Shown piece after piece: positions 9,969 to 17,883 of a stretch of DNA of 32,000 nt. Source of the DNA: Candidatus Jordarchaeales archaeon (GTDB lineage Archaea > Asgardarchaeota > Jordiarchaeia > Jordiarchaeales > Freyrarchaeaceae); contig JAWAHN010000001.1 of assembly GCA_038889235.1 (NCBI GenBank), positions 974,499 to 1,006,498 on the forward strand, given 5' to 3'. How positions within the stretch are numbered: the first letter of the stretch is position 1; every line of letters starts with the position of its first letter. Under the pieces are notes generated by a model. The model worked only from the letters and a program-made list of their open reading frames with translations, ran no database searches and was not told the DNA's origin. The position numbers and the translations under genes were made by a program.

Positions 9969-10740
9969 CTTCGCTTCCTCCTTCTTCTTCTCCAAGCTCT
10001 TTTCTTACTGCCACATACCTTTCCAATAGCGCTTGCCTCTGTAGTTTGTATATTTCCATGCACCCCTCAATTGCCAGTTTATACGCTTCAATAAATTCTT
10101 CTTTTGTCATGCGTCCATCCATTTGTAAAAGTGTAATATGTTTTTTCCTTGGCATAATAGCCAGCGGCATATCTGCTTCTCCTAGTTTGTCTTCGACGTC
10201 ATTGGGGTCTAAGACTAGTACTCCATTAACTTTACCAACAGCGCACGCTGTAACTAAGTCTCGCATCGGTATGCCCGCGTCTGCTAGTGCTAGAGACGCG
10301 GCCGTTATACTGGCGCACCTCGTTCCTCCATCTGCCTGGAGGACTTGAATGAAAACGTCTATGGTTGCTCTTGGGAAATTTTTGAGGAATATAGCTGGGG
10401 CTAATGCTCCCTTAATCACTTTTGACAATTCTAGTTCCCTTCTTGAAGGCGCAGGGCTTTTCCTTTCATCTACTGAAAATGTCGCCATTCTGTAGAAGCA
10501 TTGGAGAATAGCAGTATCTGGCCTGGCCAAATGTCTTGGGTGAAGCTCTCTCGGCCCATAAACAGCAACAAGTATTTTGTTATTCCCTTGTTCTATATAT
10601 GCTGATCCATCAGCTCTAGATAGGACCCCCACTTTAATTTTTATCGGCCTAAGCTCGCGTATGCCGCGTCCATCCACTCTGACTCCGTTCTTTAGGAGGT
10701 CCTCTCGAGAATACTTAACTCCTGCACTCAACAGCTCCAC
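9961..10740 (-). CDS. rrp41: Exosome catalytic subunit Rrp41
   Basis: [40 protein letters not shown]. Confidence 0.95.
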   Translation of the reverse strand: MELLSAGVKYSREDLLKNGVRVDGRGIRELRPIKIKVGVLSRADGSAYIEQGNNKILVAVYGPRELHPRHLARPDTAILQCFYRMATFSVDERKSPAPSRRELELSKVIKGALAPAIFLKNFPRATIDVFIQVLQADGGTRCASITAASLALADAGIPMRDLVTACAVGKVNGVLVLDPNDVEDKLGEADMPLAIMPRKKHITLLQMDGRMTKEEFIEAYKLAIEGCMEIYKLQRQALLERYVAVRKELGEEEGGSEDA

Positions 10741-10751
10741 CTCGCTAATTT

Positions 10752-11441
10752 TTATTGACTAACTTTTTTGGAAATTAACTCCCGTATTCTGTCAGTAAGC
10801 CCTGAAGTGTGCGCTTCTCTTTCTATTTGTCTTATTGCCTTTATGACCAATTCTTCCTTTTCCGGGTCCTCTCCGGAAATCCAAATCAACCCGTTTTGGC
10901 CTATCACTATTTGACATCCTGTCTGCTTTTTAATCATATTTATCATTGAACCTCGTTTCCCAATGAGCCTCGGTATCCTTGTTGGTGCCATTTTCACCAG
11001 TCTTCCTCCTTCAAGCTTCCTGAGTCCCTTTTCCTTCATGGTTAGCATCGGGGGCTGTGTTCTATCAAAAGCTAAAATTTTTGCAACTATTAAGTCTCCG
11101 ACATCATATATTCTGCGTAGGTCTGTCTTCGTCGGGTCAACCGGTTTTGGAATGTTCGTTGGATTAAGTACTGCCAGATAAGGTGCGAGAATATCGACAT
11201 CCCAGTAATTTAACTTAACATCAACTATTTTCCCTATGACTGTATCCCCCGGCTTAGGTATATAACCCCCCTCAAGTGGGACAACAGTTACGCTACTGTC
11301 CCTAATCTCAGCGAGCCCGACTACTGCTGAAAAAATCCTATCCCCCTCTTTAAATGTACCCTCACCTGGTTTGAAATTCTCTCCCTCTGCCAGCAATTCT
11401 CCCGGCAAAACGATTTGTCTCCTTTTGAAGTAGATACTCAA
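10752..11441 (-). CDS. rrp4: Exosome cap subunit Rrp4 (S1+KH)
   Basis: [20 protein letters not shown] motif [16 protein letters not shown]. Confidence 0.95.
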   Translation of the reverse strand: MSIYFKRRQIVLPGELLAEGENFKPGEGTFKEGDRIFSAVVGLAEIRDSSVTVVPLEGGYIPKPGDTVIGKIVDVKLNYWDVDILAPYLAVLNPTNIPKPVDPTKTDLRRIYDVGDLIVAKILAFDRTQPPMLTMKEKGLRKLEGGRLVKMAPTRIPRLIGKRGSMINMIKKQTGCQIVIGQNGLIWISGEDPEKEELVIKAIRQIEREAHTSGLTDRIRELISKKVSQ

Positions 11442-11515
11442 CCGTTACTCCTCCTCTTTAGTTTAAGTAAACTCGGTGCATTGAGCTCTTTCACATTATT
11501 TCTTTCTGAGGTTTT

Positions 11516-12235
11516 TCACAAGAATTTGACTTCTGCTTTACCCTTGGTTGCTGCATTAATAGCATTCAGTAGCTGTCCTTTTAATCCTCCTGGTACCTCT
11601 ATTAAAGCTATCCAGGAACCATCGGGTTGCCACTCATTTCTTACTATGTTTCCAAACTTTTCTAGAATACTGTATCCTTTCCCTGCATGTTCTGGCGGGA
11701 ATTTAACGGCCACCCTAAGCGTTTCCATCCTTATGGGAAGAACCCTCTGAAGTTGCTTAAGTACGTCCTTAACTTGTTCTTCTGCGCTCTTCCAAAGGTC
11801 TATATGAACTTTTGCTTCTTCCATAGCATTTTCGATACGTGTCGGAGGATGAGGAAGCCCTGTTTGTGGGTTAATGCATGTTTTAGCCAAAATTGCTACT
11901 ATTTTCTTTTTCTTCTGCTCTAAAAGTTCGCGACGTTGCTCTTGAGTTAACTGCAGTTCACCTTTTTTCAAAATTGTTTTTGCTACCTCAAAAATGTCTG
12001 TTGTACCAAATATGTTTTTTATGTCTTCTTCAGAAGCTCTCTCTCCCCTACGTGCGTTCTCGTATATCGTAAAGGTTTGAAGCACGTCTGCGGGCTCTAT
12101 GTTTTTTCCCGTTTTGTACTCCCAAGCCTTTTTAGCGTCAACTATTATTTCAAATGTTTTTCCCTCTTTTTCATACCTTACTATTGACACATTTTCTCCA
12201 AACTCTACTCTCTTTTCTCCCCTAATTTGGGACAT
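11516..12235 (-). CDS. sdo1: Ribosome maturation factor SBDS/Sdo1
   Basis: GKTFEI, LKKGELQLT, INPQTGLPHPPTRIENAMEEA. Confidence 0.95.
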   Translation of the reverse strand: MSQIRGEKRVEFGENVSIVRYEKEGKTFEIIVDAKKAWEYKTGKNIEPADVLQTFTIYENARRGERASEEDIKNIFGTTDIFEVAKTILKKGELQLTQEQRRELLEQKKKKIVAILAKTCINPQTGLPHPPTRIENAMEEAKVHIDLWKSAEEQVKDVLKQLQRVLPIRMETLRVAVKFPPEHAGKGYSILEKFGNIVRNEWQPDGSWIALIEVPGGLKGQLLNAINAATKGKAEVKFL

Positions 12236-12252
12236 AGGTGATCTTTCCTCTC

Positions 12253-12969
12253 CTATCTTAACATTCCAATATACTTTTGGACTTCTTCAGCTGATAGTTT
12301 GCGGAATTTTCTAGTTTTTACATCAACTATCGCTATTTCCACTCTTGTTGCGTCGAACTCTCCTTCAAGGACTGCTTTAAGAGCGGTCAGGGCCAGCTTA
12401 ATTCCTTCTTCTAAGTTTATATCTTTCTTGTACTCTTTCTCAAGGATCTCCTTCGCTTTTTGTGACCCTGCTCCTATCGCTGTAGCCCAATATCCCCAAT
12501 AGGTTCCTGAAGGATCTGTCATAAAAAGCTTAGGTCCTCCGTCGTCTACCCCTGCTATTAGGAAAGAAACTCCAAATGGTCTAACACCCGCGTGTTGCGT
12601 GTAAACTTGTTTTAGATCCCCGATGTATTTTGTTAAGCTTTCGACGCTAATCGGCTCATCATACGTTAATTTATTTACTTGCGCTTGTACGCGAGCTTGA
12701 TCTACAAGCACACGTGCGTCCGCAGTTAAGCCAGCTATAGCTGCTCCTATATGCTCATCTATTACAAATATTTTCTCCACACTTTCAGGATCCTGAAGTG
12801 ATAAAATTCTCTTTTCAACAGCTAGCACCACTCCATCTTTACATCTAACTCCTATTGCTGTGGTCCCTCTTCGGACAGCCTCAATAGCATACTCAACCTG
12901 GAATAACCTGCCATCTGGAGAGAATATAGTTATGGCGCGGTCATATCCTAAACCTGGCGCAGCGAACAT
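12253..12969 (-). CDS. psmA: Proteasome alpha subunit
   Basis: GYDRAITIFSPDGRLFQVEYA, RPFGVSFL, DPSG. Confidence 0.97.
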   Translation of the reverse strand: MFAAPGLGYDRAITIFSPDGRLFQVEYAIEAVRRGTTAIGVRCKDGVVLAVEKRILSLQDPESVEKIFVIDEHIGAAIAGLTADARVLVDQARVQAQVNKLTYDEPISVESLTKYIGDLKQVYTQHAGVRPFGVSFLIAGVDDGGPKLFMTDPSGTYWGYWATAIGAGSQKAKEILEKEYKKDINLEEGIKLALTALKAVLEGEFDATRVEIAIVDVKTRKFRKLSAEEVQKYIGMLR

Positions 12970-13087
12970 TGCTGCAAAAGCCCCCTTTACATACTTCTAA
13001 TAGTTCTTTGAAGTGTGCCGTCTCACTCTTGTTCCTAGAAAACTCAAAGAGCTTTATTTATTTTTCTACTTATTCTTAAAGTACGCA

Positions 13088-13639
13088 TTATATGAGATAT
13101 TTTTTCATTTCTTCAATTAATTTTCTTTTGCAGGTACGACAGAAATCCTCTCTTTTAATGTCTGTCTCTAATACGCTGTTTGAGAAATGCATGACGCAAC
13201 TGCTTTCTGGACAATGTTCCAGGGAAAATGTGTGCCCCAACTCGTGGACTGCCTCCTTTATTATCCTCTCAAAAAACTTCTTCTCATTGGTAGGCTCTCC
13301 ATAGAACTCTGGCCTAAGCCTGTTTAGTGAAATTAAGGCTGCTGTGCCGTTGTACTCCGCTACTCCAAAGACGAAATTCAGCTCTGGAACGTATAAGTCT
13401 ACTGCCGTTACTCCGAGCACCCGGAAACTCTTCCTTCCTTTAAGTTTATTGAGAATTTTTTCTGCATTATATTGTCTTCTTTGATGGTTATATGCGAAAT
13501 TTATATCAATGGAAATAGGCTCATCTTTAACTACGGCGAATTTTAGCCAAGGAAATATTCGTGGTAGCTCGTTAGCAAGTTTAATCACTTTTCCCATAAA
13601 GATTAATGGTAATTCTATTGGTAAAATCTCTACTTCCAT
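13088..13639 (-). CDS. amzA: Archaemetzincin Zn metalloprotease
   Basis: KEAVHELGHTFSLEHC..SCVMHFS and FC..C motifs; RRQY, LNFVFG. Confidence 0.92.
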   Translation of the reverse strand: MEVEILPIELPLIFMGKVIKLANELPRIFPWLKFAVVKDEPISIDINFAYNHQRRQYNAEKILNKLKGRKSFRVLGVTAVDLYVPELNFVFGVAEYNGTAALISLNRLRPEFYGEPTNEKKFFERIIKEAVHELGHTFSLEHCPESSCVMHFSNSVLETDIKREDFCRTCKRKLIEEMKKYLI

Positions 13640-13722
13640 CGAATCTCCTCCTAGTGTTTCCTTTTTATACTCTAGTGGAAATCTCCAATTAGAACACTAC
13701 GTAATGAAGAAGGCGGTAAGTC

Positions 13723-14058
13723 ATGAATCGTCTTAACTGGAAAATAATCAGTTCTTTACTTATAATGGTTTTCTCTTTCTACACTCAGATTCCCGCAACA
13801 ATGTACTCGCTTACCGCTTTATCTTATATCCCTACCAGTCCCGTAGCAGTTTCAATGGTATTATTATGGGCCTTTCTTTCTATCTTAATATCCTTTTCAT
13901 TCAATTGGGTTACCCTGGCCATTTCCTCATCGATTTTTATGGCGTCATTGCCCTTACTATCAGTTATTGGTAGTGAGGTGGCAAAAAATCTCCTTTATCC
14001 ATGCGTTACGTTAACTTTCGTTGCACTCGTCCTAAGAATTATAGCAAATCTCTTCTAA
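13723..14058 (+). CDS. Hypothetical small multi-pass membrane protein
   Basis: 111-aa hydrophobic ORF filling an otherwise empty gap; no family recognised. Confidence 0.6.
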   Translation: MNRLNWKIISSLLIMVFSFYTQIPATMYSLTALSYIPTSPVAVSMVLLWAFLSILISFSFNWVTLAISSSIFMASLPLLSVIGSEVAKNLLYPCVTLTFVALVLRIIANLF

Positions 14059-14146
14059 GGAAATCTAAGCTTCCAAAAAAACTATAGTTAGCGCGGGGGG
14101 CGGGATTCGAACCCGCGCTCCCCAACGGGGAACTGGCTCTCAAGGC

Positions 14147-14177
14147 TTTCGCTCGGACTCCTTTAAAGGAATCCAAT
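14147..14177 (-). other. 31-nt tRNA intron at position 29/30 (relaxed BHB)
   Basis: Long internal stem (TTGGATTCCT/AGGAGTCCGA), bulges UG^A and AA^G, central helix with 3 WC pairs plus a G.A mismatch. Removal restores the anticodon stem. Confidence 0.85.
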
Positions 14178-14186
14178 CAGCGCCGT

Positions 14187-14198
14187 TTTACGTTCGCG
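14187..14198 (-). other. Putative ~12-nt D-loop intron near 20/21 (boundaries uncertain by 1-2 nt)
   Basis: D-loop is 21 nt as encoded. Removing CGCGAACGTAAA leaves canonical AGCGGAA; fit is only bulge-helix-loop-like. Confidence 0.5.
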
Positions 14199-14431
14199 TC
14201 CGCTTGGCTACCCCCGCACGTTTCGGAAATAACTTGTTGACTTTCAGTATTCTATTTTTCCTCCCTCTCCTTAAAAACTTTAATTGTTTTCGTAAGTATT
14301 CTCTTTTGTCAAAGGGAGACTGTGCACCTAGAACACATATTTAAATGCTTCTTTCCAAAAATTAGTTTCGTGGAAGCTTATGTGTTCCCCGTCGTAACTT
14401 TTACACTTAACACAGAGAGGAGGTGCAATGT

Positions 14432-14674
14432 TTGGGGCGTAGAAAAAGCAAGAAGATCATTAAACGACCAAAGAAAACAATTCCAAAAGTCTTTCAGTGT
14501 CCCGTATGCGGCGAGAAAAGTGTTGTTGTCGATATGAGGAAAGATGAAGGAGTGGCATTTGTCAGCTGTGGCTCCTGTGGAAGGAGGGAAGCGGTTCCGA
14601 TATCTAAGCTTTCCGAGCCCGTTGATGCATACAGCGCATTTGTCGATATCTGCTCCCAGTCACAAGGGACTTAA
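14432..14674 (+). CDS. elf1: Transcription elongation factor Elf1 (start probably TTG 14432)
   Basis: MGRRKSKK, FQCPVCG...CGSCG, EPVDAYS. GGAGG at 14419-14423, 8 nt before TTG. Confidence 0.9.
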   Translation: MGRRKSKKIIKRPKKTIPKVFQCPVCGEKSVVVDMRKDEGVAFVSCGSCGRREAVPISKLSEPVDAYSAFVDICSQSQGT

Positions 14675-14679
14675 ACTGG

Positions 14680-15612
14680 TTAGAAGAATACTAGGTACAA
14701 AATGAAGCCAGCAAGCCCTCCTACAGCCGTTGAAATTAAGTTTACTATGTTGTTGTCTATTGCAAGCCACCCTTTCAAATATGTTGTTGTTTCCCCGCAG
14801 TGTTTCTCTTTTTCCGTTATTTTTCCGCATACGTTGCACCTGAAAAGCGATTGCAAAGTTGCTCCCATTAAGCTGTCAATGGTGCTTCCTATAAATCCTG
14901 CCAAAATGCCTATTGCGACGAGCTTTATCCAAGTAGGTACACCTACTCCAAAGTACTCTAGTATTCTAATCAAGATACCGTTAATCCCACTAACAGCACT
15001 TATAATGTTAAGTTGATGAAGTACCGCAGCAATGCCTCCTATAGTAAGCCCACTTAGCAGTATTGCAAGTTCTCCTAGTGGGGATACTCCTCCGGAAGTT
15101 CCTGGGGGAACTTTTTTGAATGGATTAGTTATTAAGCGTGGTTCTCTTGGATAAAGAAGTCCTATTTCTGTTGCAAGTGTGTCCGCCATCGCTGTGGCTA
15201 CAGTACCAATAAAGCCTGCCAGGAATATGTCGAAGCTACCCAATGGGAAAGCCATTAAACATGCTCCTTCCATTAAGGCGAGAAAGGATGCCACACCGCC
15301 ATTAGCAAACACATTGGTCCATGCACGTGCTCCTCCCTTCTCTTGGGCAGCTTCAAGAAGCCTCTTCTTCTCATACTTGTATTTTGTGAAAATTGCTGCA
15401 ACGATGTGGAATGTCATTATCATGATAAACCATGTCCAATTCGTGAAAAACCATATGGTTAAACCGACAATTAATCCTGCAAGGAGCCCTGACAGATCAA
15501 CAGCTTTAGCTTTCACAGATGCTAATCCCAGTCCGCCTATTATGATGAGTCCAATCACAGCGTTAACAATTTCCCCAATTGTCAAACCATGGATCCAAGT
15601 GAATTCAAACAC
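14680..15612 (-). CDS. DUF92/TMEM19 family membrane protein with Zn-ribbon insert
   Basis: GGARAWTNVFANG, ADTLATEIG, VPPGTSGGVSPLG, IDSLMGATLQ, DNNIVN; C-x2-C...HC insert. Confidence 0.88.
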   Translation of the reverse strand: MFEFTWIHGLTIGEIVNAVIGLIIIGGLGLASVKAKAVDLSGLLAGLIVGLTIWFFTNWTWFIMIMTFHIVAAIFTKYKYEKKRLLEAAQEKGGARAWTNVFANGGVASFLALMEGACLMAFPLGSFDIFLAGFIGTVATAMADTLATEIGLLYPREPRLITNPFKKVPPGTSGGVSPLGELAILLSGLTIGGIAAVLHQLNIISAVSGINGILIRILEYFGVGVPTWIKLVAIGILAGFIGSTIDSLMGATLQSLFRCNVCGKITEKEKHCGETTTYLKGWLAIDNNIVNLISTAVGGLAGFILYLVFF

Positions 15613-15892
15613 TTTTTCCCCTCCAGGAAAATGCTAAGCAGATAAACGTCTGACAAGGGTAATGTCGGAACTCTTATACGATGCGACTTTTACATGCAAA
15701 ATAAAAGCTTTTCTAAAAAACTTTCGTCAAAATCGTTTTTTGTCGAACTTTATAGAATTGTTCGAAGCAAGTCGACGGAACACTCTCGACTTCCTGGTAA
15801 AGACCATTCGTAAAATTTTTTCTAAGGGGCTTTGCAATATCAGAACGGAAGCTAGAAAAGCAACTTTAGATCTGTTGGGGGGGCGAAAATTA

Positions 15893-16594
15893 TTGAAGCT
15901 CGTCTGCGTCTCACCAGCATTTAACGAAGAGCGGACAGTTGCAAGCGTAGTAGAAAAGGCGTCAAGATATGTCGATGAAGTGATAGTTGTAGATGATGGG
16001 AGCACGGATAACACCCGCAAGAAAGCTCTAGAAGCGGGAGCAATAGTGATTAGTCACCCCCGAAATCTAGGAAAAGGAGCCGCCTTAAAAACAGGTTTCA
16101 AAATAGCACTTGAGCGTGGTGCCGACGTAATTATTTCGATTGACGCTGACGGACAACATGATCCCGACGAGATCCCACGTTTAATATCTGCAATGGAACG
16201 CGGGAATTTTGATATAGTTATTGGTTCGAGATTTCTAGGCGATATAAGCAGCATGCCGACTCCACGGATATTTAGCAATACAATAACATCGAGCTTCTTA
16301 CGTCTCTTCTTCGGAATACCCGTGACAGATAGTCAGAGCGGTTTTCGTGCATTTAAAAGGAAGGTTATCGAATCTGTTAGTTTTTCTGACCCCAGATTCG
16401 CAGCTGAAACTGAAATACTGATCAACGCAAAACAAAAAGGCTTCAAAATAGGTGAGGTAAAAATAAAGACAATCTATGGCGAAGAGAAATCAAAAATGAG
16501 AATAGTTGAAGACACGCTTAGATGGATTAAATTAGTAACCAAATACCTTCTACTTTCATTACTTAGAATGAGACGCCCAGAAAGACCCTGCTAA
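15893..16594 (+). CDS. GT2 glycosyltransferase, DPM1/dolichol-phosphate mannose synthase-like (start probably TTG 15893)
   Basis: PAFNEE, VVDDGSTD, NLGKGAA, IDADGQHDP, GSRF, DSQSGFRAF. The upstream 77 codons of the listed ORF are not GT2-like. Confidence 0.88.
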   Translation: MKLVCVSPAFNEERTVASVVEKASRYVDEVIVVDDGSTDNTRKKALEAGAIVISHPRNLGKGAALKTGFKIALERGADVIISIDADGQHDPDEIPRLISAMERGNFDIVIGSRFLGDISSMPTPRIFSNTITSSFLRLFFGIPVTDSQSGFRAFKRKVIESVSFSDPRFAAETEILINAKQKGFKIGEVKIKTIYGEEKSKMRIVEDTLRWIKLVTKYLLLSLLRMRRPERPC

Positions 16595-16691
16595 AAGAAC
16601 CTCCCAAGAAGAAAAGTAAGATTTTTTAGGTCTCACCATCATTCTTAGTAGTGAAGTGCGGGGGTAGCCAAGCAGGTCAACGGCGCCGGAC

Positions 16692-16713
16692 ACTTGCTCC
16701 ACGTAAGCCGGTC
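16692..16713 (+). other. 22-nt tRNA intron at 32/33
   Basis: Central helix CCGG(16686-89)/CCGG(16708-11), bulges AC^A and UC^U, inner stem CTTGC/GTAAG. Confidence 0.88.
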
Positions 16714-16732
16714 TCAAGATCCGGTCCCGTAG

Positions 16733-16746
16733 AAATTGTTGCGGAC
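16733..16746 (+). other. 14-nt tRNA intron in the variable loop
   Basis: Central helix CCGT(16727-30)/GCGG(16741-44), bulges AG^A and AC^G, flanking pairs on both sides. Confidence 0.82.
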
Positions 16747-16763
16747 GGGTTCGGGGGTTCGAA

Positions 16764-16787
16764 AGAGGTTCAAAATTACTCCGAACA
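16764..16787 (+). other. 24-nt tRNA intron at 59/60 (T-loop)
   Basis: Central helix TTCG(16758-61)/CGAA(16782-85), bulges AA^A and CA^U; outer helix is the T-stem. Confidence 0.88.
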
Positions 16788-16809
16788 TCCCTCCCCCCGC
16801 ACTACTACT

Positions 16810-17085
16810 TCAAGTTTTGAGCTTTTTCAATTCTTCCACAAATTTAAGCAACAGTGCAGTTTTCTGATTTTCCTCATTTACTTTAATGACTCTCATTTGT
16901 TTCCACTTTCCTACTTCAACAACAATACCTTCTTCAAGAAGTCTATCTACAATCCTGCCAACAGTACTGGGCGAAACACCGACTTTCTCAGCTATCTCTG
17001 ACAAGTTAAAAAAAGTCCCTTTGTTCTCAAGTAAAAATTCCAGTATTCTTGTCTGCGCCCGTCCACCAAATATTCTTTCAAGCAT
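16810..17085 (-). CDS. Small winged-helix DNA-binding protein (ArsR/MarR-like)
   Basis: RILEFLL..NLSEIAEKVGVSPSTVGRIVDRLLEEGIV helix-turn-helix and wing. Confidence 0.85.
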   Translation of the reverse strand: MLERIFGGRAQTRILEFLLENKGTFFNLSEIAEKVGVSPSTVGRIVDRLLEEGIVVEVGKWKQMRVIKVNEENQKTALLLKFVEELKKLKT

Positions 17086-17791
17086 TAGAATCCCCCAACT
17101 GCTCGGGAGATATAACCGTCCCTACTTTTTCACCTTTAATGATACGAATCATGTTTTCCGGTTGTTTACCGTTAAAAATTACTACCTTCACTTTTGACCT
17201 TTCAACTATCTTTAACGCAACCAAGTCAAATAATTCGTACTTTCCGGCAATATGGCTTTTCGACATAATTATCTCGCCAAAACATTTGACACTTAATTCT
17301 GGGATAATCTTAGCATTCGGATCTTTTTTTGGGTCCGATGTGAAAACACCCTCCACATCTGTTGCGTTTAAAAGAACATTCGCCCCTAACCTTTCAGCTA
17401 CAAGCGCCGCTACAGCGCTTGTAGACTGTCCTGGCTGTAATCCTCCCACGATAACGGTCTTCCCCGTCGCATATGCCTGAGCCACCTCGTCTAACGTTTG
17501 GGGAATAGTAGGGTAAGCGTCTTCACCCATAGCTGCTATTAACAAATAACCGTTTAATCTCGTAGCCTGTATCCCTATGACGTCGCATAAACCCTCAGAA
17601 GCGTTAAGATTGCGTGCGTAGTTTATAAAGCGCCTAGATATGGCTCCCCCTCCAACCACCACAGCCGCAACATCTACGCCCTCCCTCTTCACTTGCCTGA
17701 TCACCTTAGCATACTCTTTCACCAGTGCCAAATTTATTTCTCCTTCCTTACTCTGAAGAATTGAACCGCCCAGTTTTATGACAACCCTCAA
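17078..17791 (-). CDS. pyrH: UMP kinase
   Basis: VIKLGGS, VVGGGAISR, GGLQPGQST, TDVEGVFTSDPKKDPNA. Confidence 0.95.
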   Translation of the reverse strand: MRVVIKLGGSILQSKEGEINLALVKEYAKVIRQVKREGVDVAAVVVGGGAISRRFINYARNLNASEGLCDVIGIQATRLNGYLLIAAMGEDAYPTIPQTLDEVAQAYATGKTVIVGGLQPGQSTSAVAALVAERLGANVLLNATDVEGVFTSDPKKDPNAKIIPELSVKCFGEIIMSKSHIAGKYELFDLVALKIVERSKVKVVIFNGKQPENMIRIIKGEKVGTVISPEQLGDSNA

Positions 17792-17883
17792 GGGAGACCT
17801 TCACCTCCTTTCTATCACCAAGTAGTTTTTAAATAAAAACATCTCTCTTAAATTAGACTAGCAGCTAAAACGGTGCATGCCAC

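Larger units (their letters stand above)
14092..14217 (-). tRNA. tRNA-Ser(UGA) with two putative introns (D-loop and 29/30)
   Basis: Acceptor GCGGGGG/CCCCCGC, discriminator G, T arm GCGGG-TTCGAAT-CCCGC, long variable arm. Anticodon arm CTGGC-CTTGAGA-GCCAG after removing 14147-14177. CCA not encoded. Confidence 0.9.
16658..16801 (+). tRNA. tRNA-Leu(CAA) with three BHB introns
   Basis: Acceptor GCGGGGG/CCCCCGC, discriminator A. After removing three inserts: CCGGA-CTCAAGA-TCCGG, variable arm TCCCGTAGGGGTTC, GGGGG-TTCGAAT-CCCTC; 84 nt without CCA. Confidence 0.92.

Noticed and set aside
15662-15892. 77-aa N-terminal extension of the GT2 ORF
   Set aside because: Not GT2-like and lies in a divergent intergenic region; a G-rich SD-like run precedes TTG 15893.
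16801-17085. Integrated element at the tRNA-Leu 3' end
   Set aside because: No integrase, no duplicated tRNA 3' segment seen; housekeeping pyrH follows.
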